A stretch of 59,195 nucleotides of DNA, the filler included, from Sphacelaria rigidula (taxonomy: Eukaryota): assembly GCA_964200075.2 (NCBI GenBank). It is 7 parts of 7 records of this genome, joined end to end, with 100 filler letters (N's around TTAATTAATTAA, not from the genome) between each part and the next. Parts side by side here need not be neighbours in the genome. Positions count along the whole stretch, not along the records: positions 33,886 to 42,255 come from CAXNAA020011362.1; positions 42,356 to 50,725 come from CAXNAA020011363.1; 5 more parts are not named here. The stretch is one strand, 5' to 3'. The position numbers and the translations under genes were made by a program. Shown here one piece after another: positions 37,434 to 49,239 of the stretch (its first letter is position 1; every line of letters begins with the position of its first letter). The notes under the pieces are model-generated. The model ran no database searches. It saw only the letters and a list, made by a program, of their open reading frames with translations, and was not told where the DNA came from.

Positions 37434-40400
37434 GCTAAGAAAGAGTTGGACGCGTCTGGCCTCCCGGTGATGTCGGCAGGAGCCCTCCGGCAGGTGATTT
37501 ATTTTAGTGCCACGGGGAGTTGCGTCGATTTGAGTTCTGCCGCGGCAGACTTGGCCTAGGACACCGTATGAACCCTTGATCCTTGCTCGGAGGTCCGCGG
37601 TATTCCTTGGTTTGGGAGTTGGGTTAGGATTCGCGTTATGGTTTGACGAAACCGATGTGTTTTCAGCCGCAAGTTTGAGTTGCCCAGTTGGCGGGGGCCC
37701 ACGACGATCTGTCTCTCCACTGGGATGCTATGTTGAACATCAATCGTGTTCCATGTTCAACCGCGAAAAAGCGAATTCACCAGGGATATTAACGACCACT
37801 GCACAGACTAACCGTACCGTGGAAATATTGCTACTGTAGTAAAATTGACAAAACAGAAAATATCGCCAACATTCGGTCGACGAGCCAATGAGTTTGACAC
37901 GTTTTGATCTTGGAACGTTTTAACGTCGTCAAAACACAGTATCTATAATATCTAGCAAAAATTGGAGAATGGCCCTATATCCCTCTGGTATGTCGTTCTT
38001 GTAGAAAATCTAGATCAACGCTGTGGCTTTATCGCAGTTGGCGTTTGGGTTACTCTTCGACACTGCATGGTTTCGACATGCTCAAGGAAAGGCACACGCA
38101 AGTGGACCGAGGAAATGAGTATCAGTCACCTGCACTTTAGCGAATGTCGTTCTCAACAGAAATAATCAAAGGACTAGGCTGTACAGAGTAGCTTGTTCGT
38201 ATGATATTTCCCGTGATTACTAGCGGCACCTTCTGACCGGAGTCAATAACACGGGGATCAAGGAAGAAACGAGAGAGTGAGCATTTGAGCTATTATAGCT
38301 CGCTCAGCCAACAGCTTGGAACATTTACGCATGATCAGTAAAACAATCTCCTGACGTTTCATTGCTGTAAAGTATCATAAACCGGCAAAATATCATACAT
38401 TGGTAAATCTCAGACTCCAACGGAAATGGCTGATCGCCCCGTCTACATATCGCCGCACGTACGGATGCTTGACACGCTGAACTGCTAGGTGTGTGAACTG
38501 TCTTCAACTTCGTGATTGACATTATTCCGGCTCCCAGAGTTTTAAGTAAAATTCCACCACGGTTGAAGTGATCCTTCCATGAGTCAAACGCTCACCAGTT
38601 TGAGCTCTCTTTAGAGATATAAATCACACTCTCGTTTCCTGTCGTTTCGTGATCGATGGAAAGCATAGGCTGCCATCGACGACGAAGGGTACGAGACACC
38701 GGAGCTCAACGACCGCCTGTACCTGCACTTCAAGGTGAGGGAGGCAAATCCGGAAAGAAGTGTAGCTTTCTCTCTGATCCCGCGGCTCCACCGAAATATT
38801 TACCAGATGATACATACCACGAGAGGTCTGCACACGGAGGACACTAACAAGCATCGCGAGTGGACAGCCAGACTTATCGATAAATCTGCAGCTCTATCTC
38901 ATGCAACTTTCTGGTGCAAAATATAGCTTTCCTGTGCGACATCATCAATACTGTCGTGATCGGCCTGTGTCCTCCGTGACGTTTCGGAGTCTCGACATCT
39001 GGCAGAGCGTTTTTGCGTTTTTGAAGAGACAATGTAGGTTCGGATTTCCCCCTCCCTGCCCACCTACCACTGGGCTCACGAACGCACTTGTTCTCGAGCA
39101 AAACGTCTCCGCATGCCGGTGCCAACAATTGTCCAGATAAGGAGCGCCGACGAAGCGACACGTGTTGAATAGCGTTGGATTTTACGAGTCACGGAAATCT
39201 CTGTAGACAGCGCCATCAGTATCGGTGAATACCGTCCCAGTCCCGGGTGTACCGGTGCCGGTCTCATCGGTTCCCGCCTTACCTATCCCGGTATCCAGCA
39301 CCACTGCTAGACTAGGTTTGTCATCCAAGACCCCCACTGGCTCTTTCAGTCCTCGCTGGCTCGAGCTTCAGCCGATTCGTGATACGTTAGGGGGATGGAA
39401 AAATAGTTTCTGAGATTAGAATTGTCAGGAGCCCCCCTTTTTATCCGAAAGAAACGACTCACGAAATATTTGAGAGCACGGTACGACTATCATTCCAATG
39501 GGCTAGGGATATCTCGAAAGAAGTTGAAAACGGGAATGTCGTGGCCCTTTTTATTCTCAATCGTTTTATTGTATTTTTTTTTTCTCTTGATTTTCCTCTT
39601 CTTTTCCTTTTTTTGTTTTTGTTTTTAGGTCGGCCATTTCTTTCTGTGCTTTGCTTGTGTTTACTTTTTTTTTTACTTTTTGTTTTACTTTTTTTTGTCA
39701 CGACTTGGTCTGCTATGTCGATCCGTTCGACCTTTTCGTTTTTTTCCTATTCCTTCCTTCCTTCAGGGCGTCTTTCAGTTTTGTTTTTCTTGGGTACGTC
39801 TATCTTGAGACCGCGGCTGGACCCCTGGGGGCTCAGTTGAAGTGCGACAATTAATGAATGAATGCATCAATCAATCGTGTTCTTGTGTAGCTCTTTACTA
39901 TGGAAGCCCCTGAGTGAGAACAATCTGGGCCCACGTCTGCAATCCCTGCCGTACCATGACTAAGCGCTACCACGAGACTCGATGCGTCATCCAGAACCTC
40001 CGTCCGCATGTGACCCTGAGGGGTACTTTTGTTGCATCGCGATTTGAGGGCTGCGTGCTTGATTTCTTCCGTATGTTACCGACAAGAATGAGTGTTTCGA
40101 TACTATTCTTGTTTCGACAGGGCTACCGCAAAATTCAAAATTTAGAGCCGTACACCAGTTTGAAGGCACTCTGGCTAGGTGGCAACGGGCTGTCTGTTAT
40201 TCAGGGAATTGGCCACCTCAGGTACGAAACAATAAACTTCTTCGGATAATCACCATGACATACGCTGAGTGGATAGTGCACCCAATAATAAGGGTGGGAA
40301 TCTCTTTACACGTGACACCCCAGACGAGGTAATGTCCAAGAGTAGACGAATAAAATTGCATGAGTGATACATAGTTTGTAAGCCAAAAGGACAAGAGGCA

Positions 40401-41570
40401 TGTTTGGGTTGCTTCTTACTTTTATTCAAAAGAGAATGCATTGTGCGATGCGCCTATTCTTGGGAAATATTTACGGTATTCGAGGCGACTGACCGGGGAT
40501 TTGTCGGGCGTGTAAAACGAGAAGTTCCACAACGATGTGTGTTGCCCACGCAGTTGCGCACGAGGACGCCGAGGTGCGTTAAGAAGACGGTCGCCACAAA
40601 ACGCACATCACACATGAGAGAAGGAATCCGCGGAATTAAATTCCCAAAGTCGAAGGTAGAAGCCTTCAGCAAACTTTGGTACGGAATCGAACGGCATAGA
40701 ACGCGGTTTAATGAAAAAAAATAAAAGGAGGCTCGTCCATGGCGGTCATGCCTAGCTGTATAAGAACATACTATAACGTCACAGTCAGTTGACAAAGGGC
40801 CTCAAGACGCGACAGTCACCGTTGGAAAATGAGAAGTTATCAAAATCCTCCGCGTTGTACCCTCGATCTCGTTGCTCACAAAACATTGCCGCCGGAGGTT
40901 GGGGGTAAAAATGTACGTTTCACTGTGTCGTCGGCCGTACGGTTGTTTTTCGACCACCCCCTTTCATCGCTCATGGTATTGCTCACATTGTGCTGTGCCG
41001 GTTACATTTTCCCGAGATATTGGAACGATGTCACCAGCTGACCACCACACCCTTTTCGTTACTGCATGGGTTGCTGTTAAAGGCATGACCATGAATAGTG
41101 TATGCTGAGTTCCGGTATAAATCGTTTGGGGAGATGAGTGTGTATACGTCGTTTAGGGAGACGAATGTGCGGATACAGTGAATCAGCGGTGAATACTAAA
41201 ATAGAGCGCATTCCCTGTCAAACTAGATAGATCATCATGATACCTGCAGGGGGGGTCTGCTATGGTAGCACCATACCGTAACTGGATGGTGTCATCTCGT
41301 AATTTTCTCGAGTAGTTAGTGCATTGCGCCGTTCGAACCACGCCCCCACTTGCTCAGAGCTCGGGCCAAGACATGGTTTTCTGTAGTATTTCCATGCGTA
41401 AATCTGCAGAATTGCACTGCCCGCCCTCGACACCGGTTATCGAACACAAGCTCTCGTCCGTTTCACTGCTTCGCGCCCTCTGTGCTCCCAGTCAGCTGAG
41501 GTGCCTCTACCTCCAGCAGAATCTTATAAATTCCATCGTGGGGCTTGAAGGTCTCCACAACCTCGTTCAG
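37434..41570 (+). CDS. DNAAF1: Dynein axonemal assembly factor 1-like (LRRC50/ODA7) leucine-rich repeat protein, partial
   Basis: Exons 37434-37493 (AKKELDASGLPVMSAGALRQ; in-frame ATG at 37383 possible), 38669-38734 (AAIDDEGYETPELNDRLYLHFK), 40121-40221 (GYRKIQNLEPYTSLKALWLGGNGLSVIQGIGHL) and 41492-41570 (SQLRCLYLQQNLINSIVGLEGLHNLVQ). The Y.TP.LND.LYLHFKG signature followed by SDS22-type LRRs is characteristic of this family. Splice phases are consistent. Confidence 0.88.
39775..39875 (+). mobile_element. Family B retroposon 3' end inside a DNAAF1-like intron
   Basis: Highly similar to 34020-34115, with an upstream T-rich tract (about 39550-39790) and an AATG/AATC tail. Confidence 0.7.
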
Positions 41571-42255
41571 GTGAACCCTATTTCGTATTTGACGGGGCAG
41601 AGCACTCCCCGTTGATCCCGGCAGTGCCTCGCCGTCGCTTTCCCGTATAAATGACGACCTCGCACGCCTCGGGATGCCACTACATCGCGATGAGGTATTT
41701 TCCATCGATGCATGATCTGATGACGCAGGGACAAGCGGCACGAAGGCCTCAGCCTTGGATGATCCTCAGGCATAAGAGTGTACTCTCTGAAGGGGTTGAT
41801 CACTTCTTGCAATACTCGCCATCTTTTTTCACCTGGCATCATGCGGAGGAACCGCTCCGCTGTAGCTATTGAACCACAAAGTCCGTCAGCGCTGGATGCC
41901 GCACTAAGTCTGCCTTGAGCATCCGTGGCTTGAAACAAACTGCCCGCCATCTTCTGTATACTCACGAACGTTTCAGCGAACCTCTGCCTCCTCTCATACT
42001 ACAAGTTGATGCAGTAGCCTTAGTTCCAGTGGTGCCAGATTTCCGATGGCAAAGGTGCGTGAGTCGGTGGATTTCTCTTCTGGCACAGTGATTGGTGTTT
42101 AAAAAAATATCGTACGAATCGATATTCAAAGTCGAATCTAAGCTGGATCCAAGTTCACTGAACATTGCTCGCTTGTAGGTTGAGCCATCCTACGATAGGG
42201 GGGGGGGTATTTTTGGCCATTTGTTGCTCGAAAGTTCGAGTCAGATCGTCGTTGA

Positions 42256-42355
42256 NNNNNNNNNNNNNNNNNNNNNNNNNNNNNNNNNNNNNNNNNNNNT
42301 TAATTAATTAANNNNNNNNNNNNNNNNNNNNNNNNNNNNNNNNNNNNNNNNNNNN
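42256..42355. other. Artificial contig linker
   Basis: N44-TTAATTAATTAA-N44. Confidence 0.98.
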
Positions 42356-43119
42356 CCGTCGAAAACCCGGCGTGCTCCGTCCCGGCTATGTAGGGATGCG
42401 AGGTCACCGGTCATATTACTATGGCATGCATGATCATGAGTACCCCCCCACACACACGCCCGCCGCCGCCACCGTGACCCCTTCTCTCGTCGTGTCGACC
42501 GGTGTAGGTCCGGCGGGTATTGTACATCATTCGAGAGGAGTACGAAACGTTTTTAGAGGCAGATGGGAAAGGCAACGGATCGGGCCACGGTAGCACCTCG
42601 GTCGTGCCCATGTCTCCTTCGCAACCAAATGCACGTGAGGTTCTGCTCTGTTTTTTCTGCGCTACCCTTGGTCATCCTGGCGGAATGAAAGGCGAATTGC
42701 GAAGTTTTTTGTTCGTGTTGCTTCATCACGCATGCGCGCGCGATTCTCTTCCTCGTCTGATAAATGTCTGCTACCATAGGTGTTGATTTTGTACGCGGAC
42801 TGTATTCACATATTACTCTGTGAGTGTGTGTTTTCTCTTTTCTTCGTTTACTCTGTCTATTTTGTTCTGCCTTTTCTGTTTTCTTCACTTGACTTCAGCG
42901 AGTGTTTCCTTCTCGGTTTTATCTCGGATACGCACGTCTGTCATGTGGATGATGACCACTACTAGATCATGACTCCTGGAGGATCAGTTGAAGTACGACA
43001 ATCAAGAGTATGCCGGGCAAGAAGTTAGCCCATCGCTGTTACAGTATGTTGTGTACTGAAGAGTCTCCCTGCGGACGTGGCAGTCCTTTGACGGTTCGGA
43101 CGAATCATCGCCGATTCGA

Positions 43120-43345
43120 ATCACCAAATCCACGATTTCTCAGGTCTGATTGCTCGAAAGAGAGGAAAAAAATTACCTCTTGTCAAAAAGGTCTCCACGC
43201 AATTTTTGCGCCATTCCACGTGCCTGGGCTACGCATACCTGAGTTGCTACGCTGAAAACAAAGCCCACATTGATTCATACGGTACGAATCAATCACACTG
43301 AAATCAAGTGATTTCCAGACGAAGCATTGAATCGTCCGACCCGTG
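43120..43345 (+). repeat. Dispersed repeat family C, with inverted copies at about 47500-47730 and 48720-48880
   Basis: Shared TTTTGCGCCATTCCACG, CGCTGAAAACAAAGCCCA and TTGATTC.TAC..GTACGAATCAAT motifs. Confidence 0.75.
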
Positions 43346-44849
43346 GATCCTTGCATTATATAAGACGAGAAAATGCGTATCCTCAGTGTGCGCCTGAAAA
43401 GCATGTATGTTATGTTATGGTATGGTATGGTACAGTATGTGTGTATGAATGTGTCATGTGTTATGTACGTATGTATATGTTGCGTATGCATTGCGTATGT
43501 ACGAAGGTATGCACATGTGTATCAACGCGTCAACAAATCTACGTTCGGATATACTCATGTATGCGTTTAAAGTAGTGCACATCATTCATTTCCCTTACGT
43601 ACGTGTTTGCTGCGCTTTTTATTTTTATTTTTTTGTTCTTTTTTCTGCGTTATGTGCGTCTCGGTGTTTTTCATCGTTTTTAATCACAAAAAAAAAAAAA
43701 AATAGCGTCGAGTGCCCAGCAACGCGCTCGAGGGGAAATCAAGGGAGTCGTGGGTGAAGGCGGAGCGGGTGGGGGCGGGATCAACACCTCCCTTACGCTC
43801 ACCGGAGTGCTCGGCGGCAAGTCGGGAGCAATCGACTATGGCAGGTTTTTTTTTGTCCCCATCACTGTTGTGCTGTGTATGTGTGTGCGTGCGGATGATG
43901 TGTCCACGCCAAGATCGTTTTTGTGCATGCGATGGACCCTTTTCGAACCGATGACGGAAAAATGACGATCTACGATTGGCATTTTCTAGAGGTGTATCAA
44001 AGTCTAGATTCCCGGTGTATTTCACAATAATGTTCAGTTGAATATATCAGGAGCCTCGAGCTTGACATATAGGCTGGTTCACGCTTCTCACCCAAAATTA
44101 TGTCATCAGCAAATGCCTTTCGCGATACCTACCCAATAGTCACATGCATGATACCATACTGACCACCATGGGAAGCTGAAGAGCGTGACATAGCCGGACT
44201 TGTGTGTAAGGCCATAGTGGTAGCGCCAGGGGCAAAAAGGTATACCGACCAATCAGCGCCCGTCAAATTTCCGAGATCGGAATTACGAGTTCCAAGCCAA
44301 ATTTTCACCCAATCTCCACATGCTTCGAATCGGTGTAACCGTCATCGGCTCGGAAATCTAACGGAAAAATCGTGTTTTAAACCGGTTTACTACGGGGGTC
44401 GAAGTATACCCGAAACCGTGATGTTTCGGTGATGTCGGGTGTTGGCGTCGTCTAATTTCCACTAATGATACGCACGAAACACCCAGGAAGCCTCTTGACG
44501 GTGTTCCCTATATCTGTTGTGGAAAAGCTCAGATCGCTCTCAAACTTGGCAGTTCCGTAGGTATTGATGCCCCAAGTTGAAAACATGTGTTACTGGCAAG
44601 ATTTCAAGGCTTCTCCGTTCTCTACCGGCTTCCGGGGCCCCAGTACAAGTACCCCCGGAAGGCGGTACACAATGACTCAAACGAAGAAAGCATAATGAAA
44701 TGATGCGCCCCGGGATAGTCCAAGGAATACATGCACAAAGTTTGGTGGAGAAACTCGAAAACCTCATGCAGTCTTTCTTGCCTTGACATGAAATTCACCC
44801 CAAAATACGTCTCCACACTAAAACCAAGTAGTTAGGAGTTGCACGTTTC

Positions 44850-47160
44850 AAGCCCACGTCCTCCACAAACGCGCAAACCTTCACGCCGATATCAGGAGTT
44901 AGATCCTGAAAATATGCACAAATAGGCTATGCGTCATTACGCAACTTTTTGTGGACGGTCTTTCTTTACTTCTTGAGTTTCTCACCGCTTTTCGGGCGTC
45001 CGACGGGATCCAAGTCGTTTTCTCACTGGCACTATGTTTTTTTATTTCGCGCACAATTTGTCGCCGCACAACCCAGGAGAAGACCCCACTAAATTTCGTC
45101 GCAAAACTCGATCGACTGATGCTTGAATTTTCATGTTCACGTCGAAGAAGGCCCAAAAACGCCGTTTTGGTACAAAAATCAAATAGTTTGCGGTTTCATC
45201 GCGGTACGCCAAGGTTTATCGCACAAAAGCGAAAAACCTCACGCCGTTTTAAGGAGTTGGACCCTGAAATTTTCACACCCTGGACAACACAATATCTAAT
45301 ATATATATTGCCCGCTCAATATGTCGACGCGTTGGGTGGTCAATATATATGGGGCGAGCAATATGATGGCACGAGAGAGGGTCAATACATATTGGGCGAG
45401 CAATATGTCATGGCTCGCGACATGCAATATATATCGACCGGAGAATATATCACGACGCGCGCCACCTCAATATATATTGGCCGAGTAATATGTTGGTGCG
45501 AGAAGGCACCAATATATATATATATATTATATTTGTCGAGTAATATGTTGACTGCCACACGAGGTCAATGTATATTGATGATTCGATATACTCAAGACCC
45601 GAAGCGCCAATATATATTGCCGCCCCAATATGTCGTGCGCCAATGCGTCCAATATATATTAGGCAGACAATACACGAGGGAACGGACGGTCACAATACAT
45701 ATTGGTGTCGCAATATATTTTGATTTTCAGCATGTAGATTGCAAAGTGTATTGGAATTAGTATGGTGGGCAACTCTATGTTCGCGGGCGCCATTGAAATG
45801 TGTGTCACCACATGCCGAAAAACGCTCAATATATTCCTCCGCGAGCGTGTTCAATATATATTGGCTGCACAATAGCTATGCGATGAGCGTGCGCAATATA
45901 TATTGGGAAAGCAATATTTTTTGCATGGATTCTGTTCAATATATATTATGGTAACAAATGTGCTACGCATCACTTCGACTCAACATATATTGACACTTCA
46001 ATACATACACGGCCGGCATGCACAATATATATTGAATGTTTGATTCCCGGAGCAAAGGTAAGTCCAATATATTGCGTCATACATTACTTCATGACCATGA
46101 CACGAGCAACATATGTTGTTGCTCCAATGTCTCCGAGGACATTTCAACACAATATATATATTGAACGGACAATATTTGAGCTGGCTCCAATACAAAGTAT
46201 TGGTATCATATTGGAACATATTGTGTTGTCCAGGGTATAAGCAACACAGCCCTGGTGACCACAGGGGTAACAAAAGGCGCATATCGACCCGCGTTTTCTG
46301 TCATCGTGATGTTTAGCCAAGATATATTAATTAGATGGTGGGAAGGCGATGGGCGGCCCCGCACCGGTGGCCACTTAGGTATCAGAAGGCATATATACCA
46401 GGTCGCTTCTTCCGTCACCATATTTTCTAACTAGTACGAAATATATGTTTATATATATATGTATGTGTGTGTCAAACGCATTCGACTACTCTCCGTAGTA
46501 ATGCACGCGAACATCTGCGGCTCCCTTTGAAGCTTTTCCCAATCTGCACGGGCTCTGGCATCTATCGCGTCTGGATCTTTCTTAGAGCGTACACCATACT
46601 TATGATATCCAGTATATATTGACCGGTCAACATGTTCTTATCAGTGTGACTCTAATATATATTAGTCGTGCAATATGTGCTGTCGCTCACGCCGCCCCAA
46701 TATATATTGATGGGGCAATATGTGTTCAGCCCCACAGTACCAATATATGTTGGGCGAGCAATATGTATGTATGCAGTCCCACGGCACCAATATATATTGG
46801 GCGCGCAATACGTGTGCAGTCCAAGGGTACCAATATATATATTACGTCGGCAATATATCGCAAAATTCCAATATGATCGTCTAATATACATTGGAAACAT
46901 CCTGTATTGTCCAGGGTGTGGAAACTTTTCACAGCTGTTCTATGGGTGATTAATCAATTTTGAACGAACAACTTTTTCTCTTACCGTTTCACGGGGGTCC
47001 GATTGGATACATGTTTTCCCGAAAAAATCCGAAAAACGGTTAAAAAGTCTAGAAATAAAATAAAAAACTCGATCTTCGAAGGGTGCGTTATGACCCATAG
47101 AATATCTGTGCAATTTTTCAGGGTCTAACTCCTTCAAACGGCGGGAGGGTTTGCCGATGA
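44850..47160. mobile_element. Host non-autonomous element (same family as 5748-6200) interrupted by the array element
   Basis: Joining 45273 to about 46930 gives GGAGTTGGACCCTGAAATTTT-CACAGCTGTTCTATGGG. This matches the uninterrupted copies at 44894-44935 and the reverse complement of 47093-47143. Confidence 0.75.
45274..46920. mobile_element. TIR-bounded element carrying a regularly interspaced dual-motif array of about 42-bp period
   Basis: Left end CACACCCTGGACAACACAATAT. Right ends ATATTGTGTTGTCCAGGGT (46218-46236, 19/19) and TGTATTGTCCAGGGTGTG (46903-46920, 17/18). Flanks GAAATTTT / GAAACTTTT. About 18 plus 6 units of CAATATATATTG-N6-CAATAT(G)-N17/18. Confidence 0.85.
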
Positions 47161-49239
47161 GTGTTTTTTGGGTGATGAGCGTGAACCAGCTCGTACCTAT
47201 TTTTAGGCTAAGATACGGTTGTTTTTCTGCAACTGTTGGTGATGCAGCCCAACCCAAAACGGTGCACCACACTCTAAGGTCAAGTATACTAATGGGACGG
47301 ATTCGTGCACCTGACCCAAAGGGTCGTTTTCCCGGTGACGAAAGCTCGCGTTTGGGAGTTTGTACTGTTTTTCGCGAGTTCCAAGAGGGGTTAAGAAGTC
47401 GTCAACACGGTGCTTTTTTCTTCGCATATGTTTGTTTTCCCCGCTTTACGGACATTTCTGGACGAGTGTGTGAATTTTTTGAGAGGAGGATAGGGTGAAT
47501 ACGGATTGATTAAAAAAATATCTGCTTTGAGTGTAATTGATTCGTACGGGTACGAATCAATTTATCCTTGGGCTTTGTTTTCAGCGGTACACCCCAGGTA
47601 TGCGGAACTCAGGCGGGTGAAGTAGCGCAAAATTTGTGCAGAGGCGTTTTTGACCCAACGTCACCTTATTTTTTCAATCTCATTGTTGGAGATATCAGGC
47701 CTCCTCAAAAATCGTATATTTGGTTTTTCGAACCAGCGATGATTCCTTCCATTCTCGAAATTTTAGGTGTAAAGTCGGGTGCTAGGAATTTGATGGAGCA
47801 TTCTGGTGCAAGGGTTCTTGCGTCTCTCGACGGAACCAGCTCGTGCTTACTCACAAGTTATCGTGTATATCAACATGCGCAAAGCCTAGTGTAAAATTGA
47901 TCGATTGATTGTCGCACTGTAACTGACCCCCCATGGATCCAGTTGTGGTCACATGATGGACGTACCCAAGATGAAAAACAATACTCAAACATTCGCTGGA
48001 GAAGAAGAGGAAACAGAACGATATAGTAGACTAAGACGAAAAAAGAAGAAATTAATACGAAGAAATTGATGAGGAGAACAGATAAGGAAAAAATATGAAA
48101 AGAAAAGAAATGAAGAGAAAAAAAAAAGTGCCCACGAAACCTGTACGATAAAAGAGAAGAGTCAGATTACAATTTCACACTGGTGTCGCCAATGTACAGT
48201 AGGACTTCGCTGTTTAGGGCCGTGTTCGAACGAGACAAGAAAAGAAAGAACGCGCAGTGAGAGTAACAGTGATTCCGGCGTTTTTTTTCTTTTCTCCTCT
48301 CATCCGTCCAATCGGATGCCCATGAGCTCTCAACCAATCGCAAGGGCAAGAAAAAAGTAAAATCGCCACAACCGTCGGAATCATCCTTACTCTCAGGGGA
48401 TACGTACTCGCTTTTCTTGTCTCGTCAAAACGTGCCCTTACATGGTGGTACGGAGTGACAACGTGGCACTGCCGAAGAGGGTAATTTCCGGGTCTCCCTG
48501 AAAACGGTTGCTGTCGTGGCCCTCATGCCAGAGAATCTCCAGAGCGACGAGCCTTACTGTCTCTCTTGATATCTACAGTTTGGTCGTAGGCGGCGGACAG
48601 AGCTTGTACGGAGTGTCCCAGCGGGCATTTTTGGTGGCTTTGCTGTCTTGAGCGTGTTCTACCGTAGGAACCCGTTACCTAGGGCACCAGAGATTCGTCT
48701 AAAAAGGTGTGAGGCTTGCAAGGGTCGGACAAATAATGATTCGTCTGGAAATTACTTGGTTTTAGTATAATGAGTCGACTCGTGATGAATCAACCCCTAG
48801 GCTTTATTTCAGCGTTGCAACCCAGGCACACGCAGCCCAGACACGTGGAATGGCGCAAAAGTGGTGTGGATACCCCTTGGACCAGCGGTCAACCCTTTAT
48901 TCTCTCTTTTGGGCAATCTGGCCGAAGAAACAGTGAATTTGGCCATTTTGAGTCGTGATGATTTGTCCCAACCGTGGAGGCTTGTCGGGGCCGCTCACTC
49001 ATGCCAATTGCGGGCCGGCGTCTGTGGTGTGTACTCCTTCTTGTCTGGTTTTCATGTGTATACAGTATACAGGTATTCATTATGCTCATACATTACGTGT
49101 CTTTCATATCAAAATAGATCTGGGTGTACACATCCAAATCGATATACATGTATGTGCACTGTGCTTAGATATGGTTACGCATATCCATCCAGATATAGAT
49201 ATACAAGGTTAGTTTCGGGAGGTTGATACGGGCCTCCCA

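Noticed and set aside
44951-45760. 269-aa ORF with apparent 14-aa QYI.G.QY repeats
   Set aside because: It is a by-product of the 42-bp DNA array. Units of 43 bp and a TA expansion shift the motif between frames, and the ORF begins inside a non-coding repeat.
45297-46860. Calling the array a true CRISPR
   Set aside because: The repeats are only 12 and 7 bp and degenerate, there are no cas genes, the context is eukaryotic, and the array is bounded by transposon-like TIRs.
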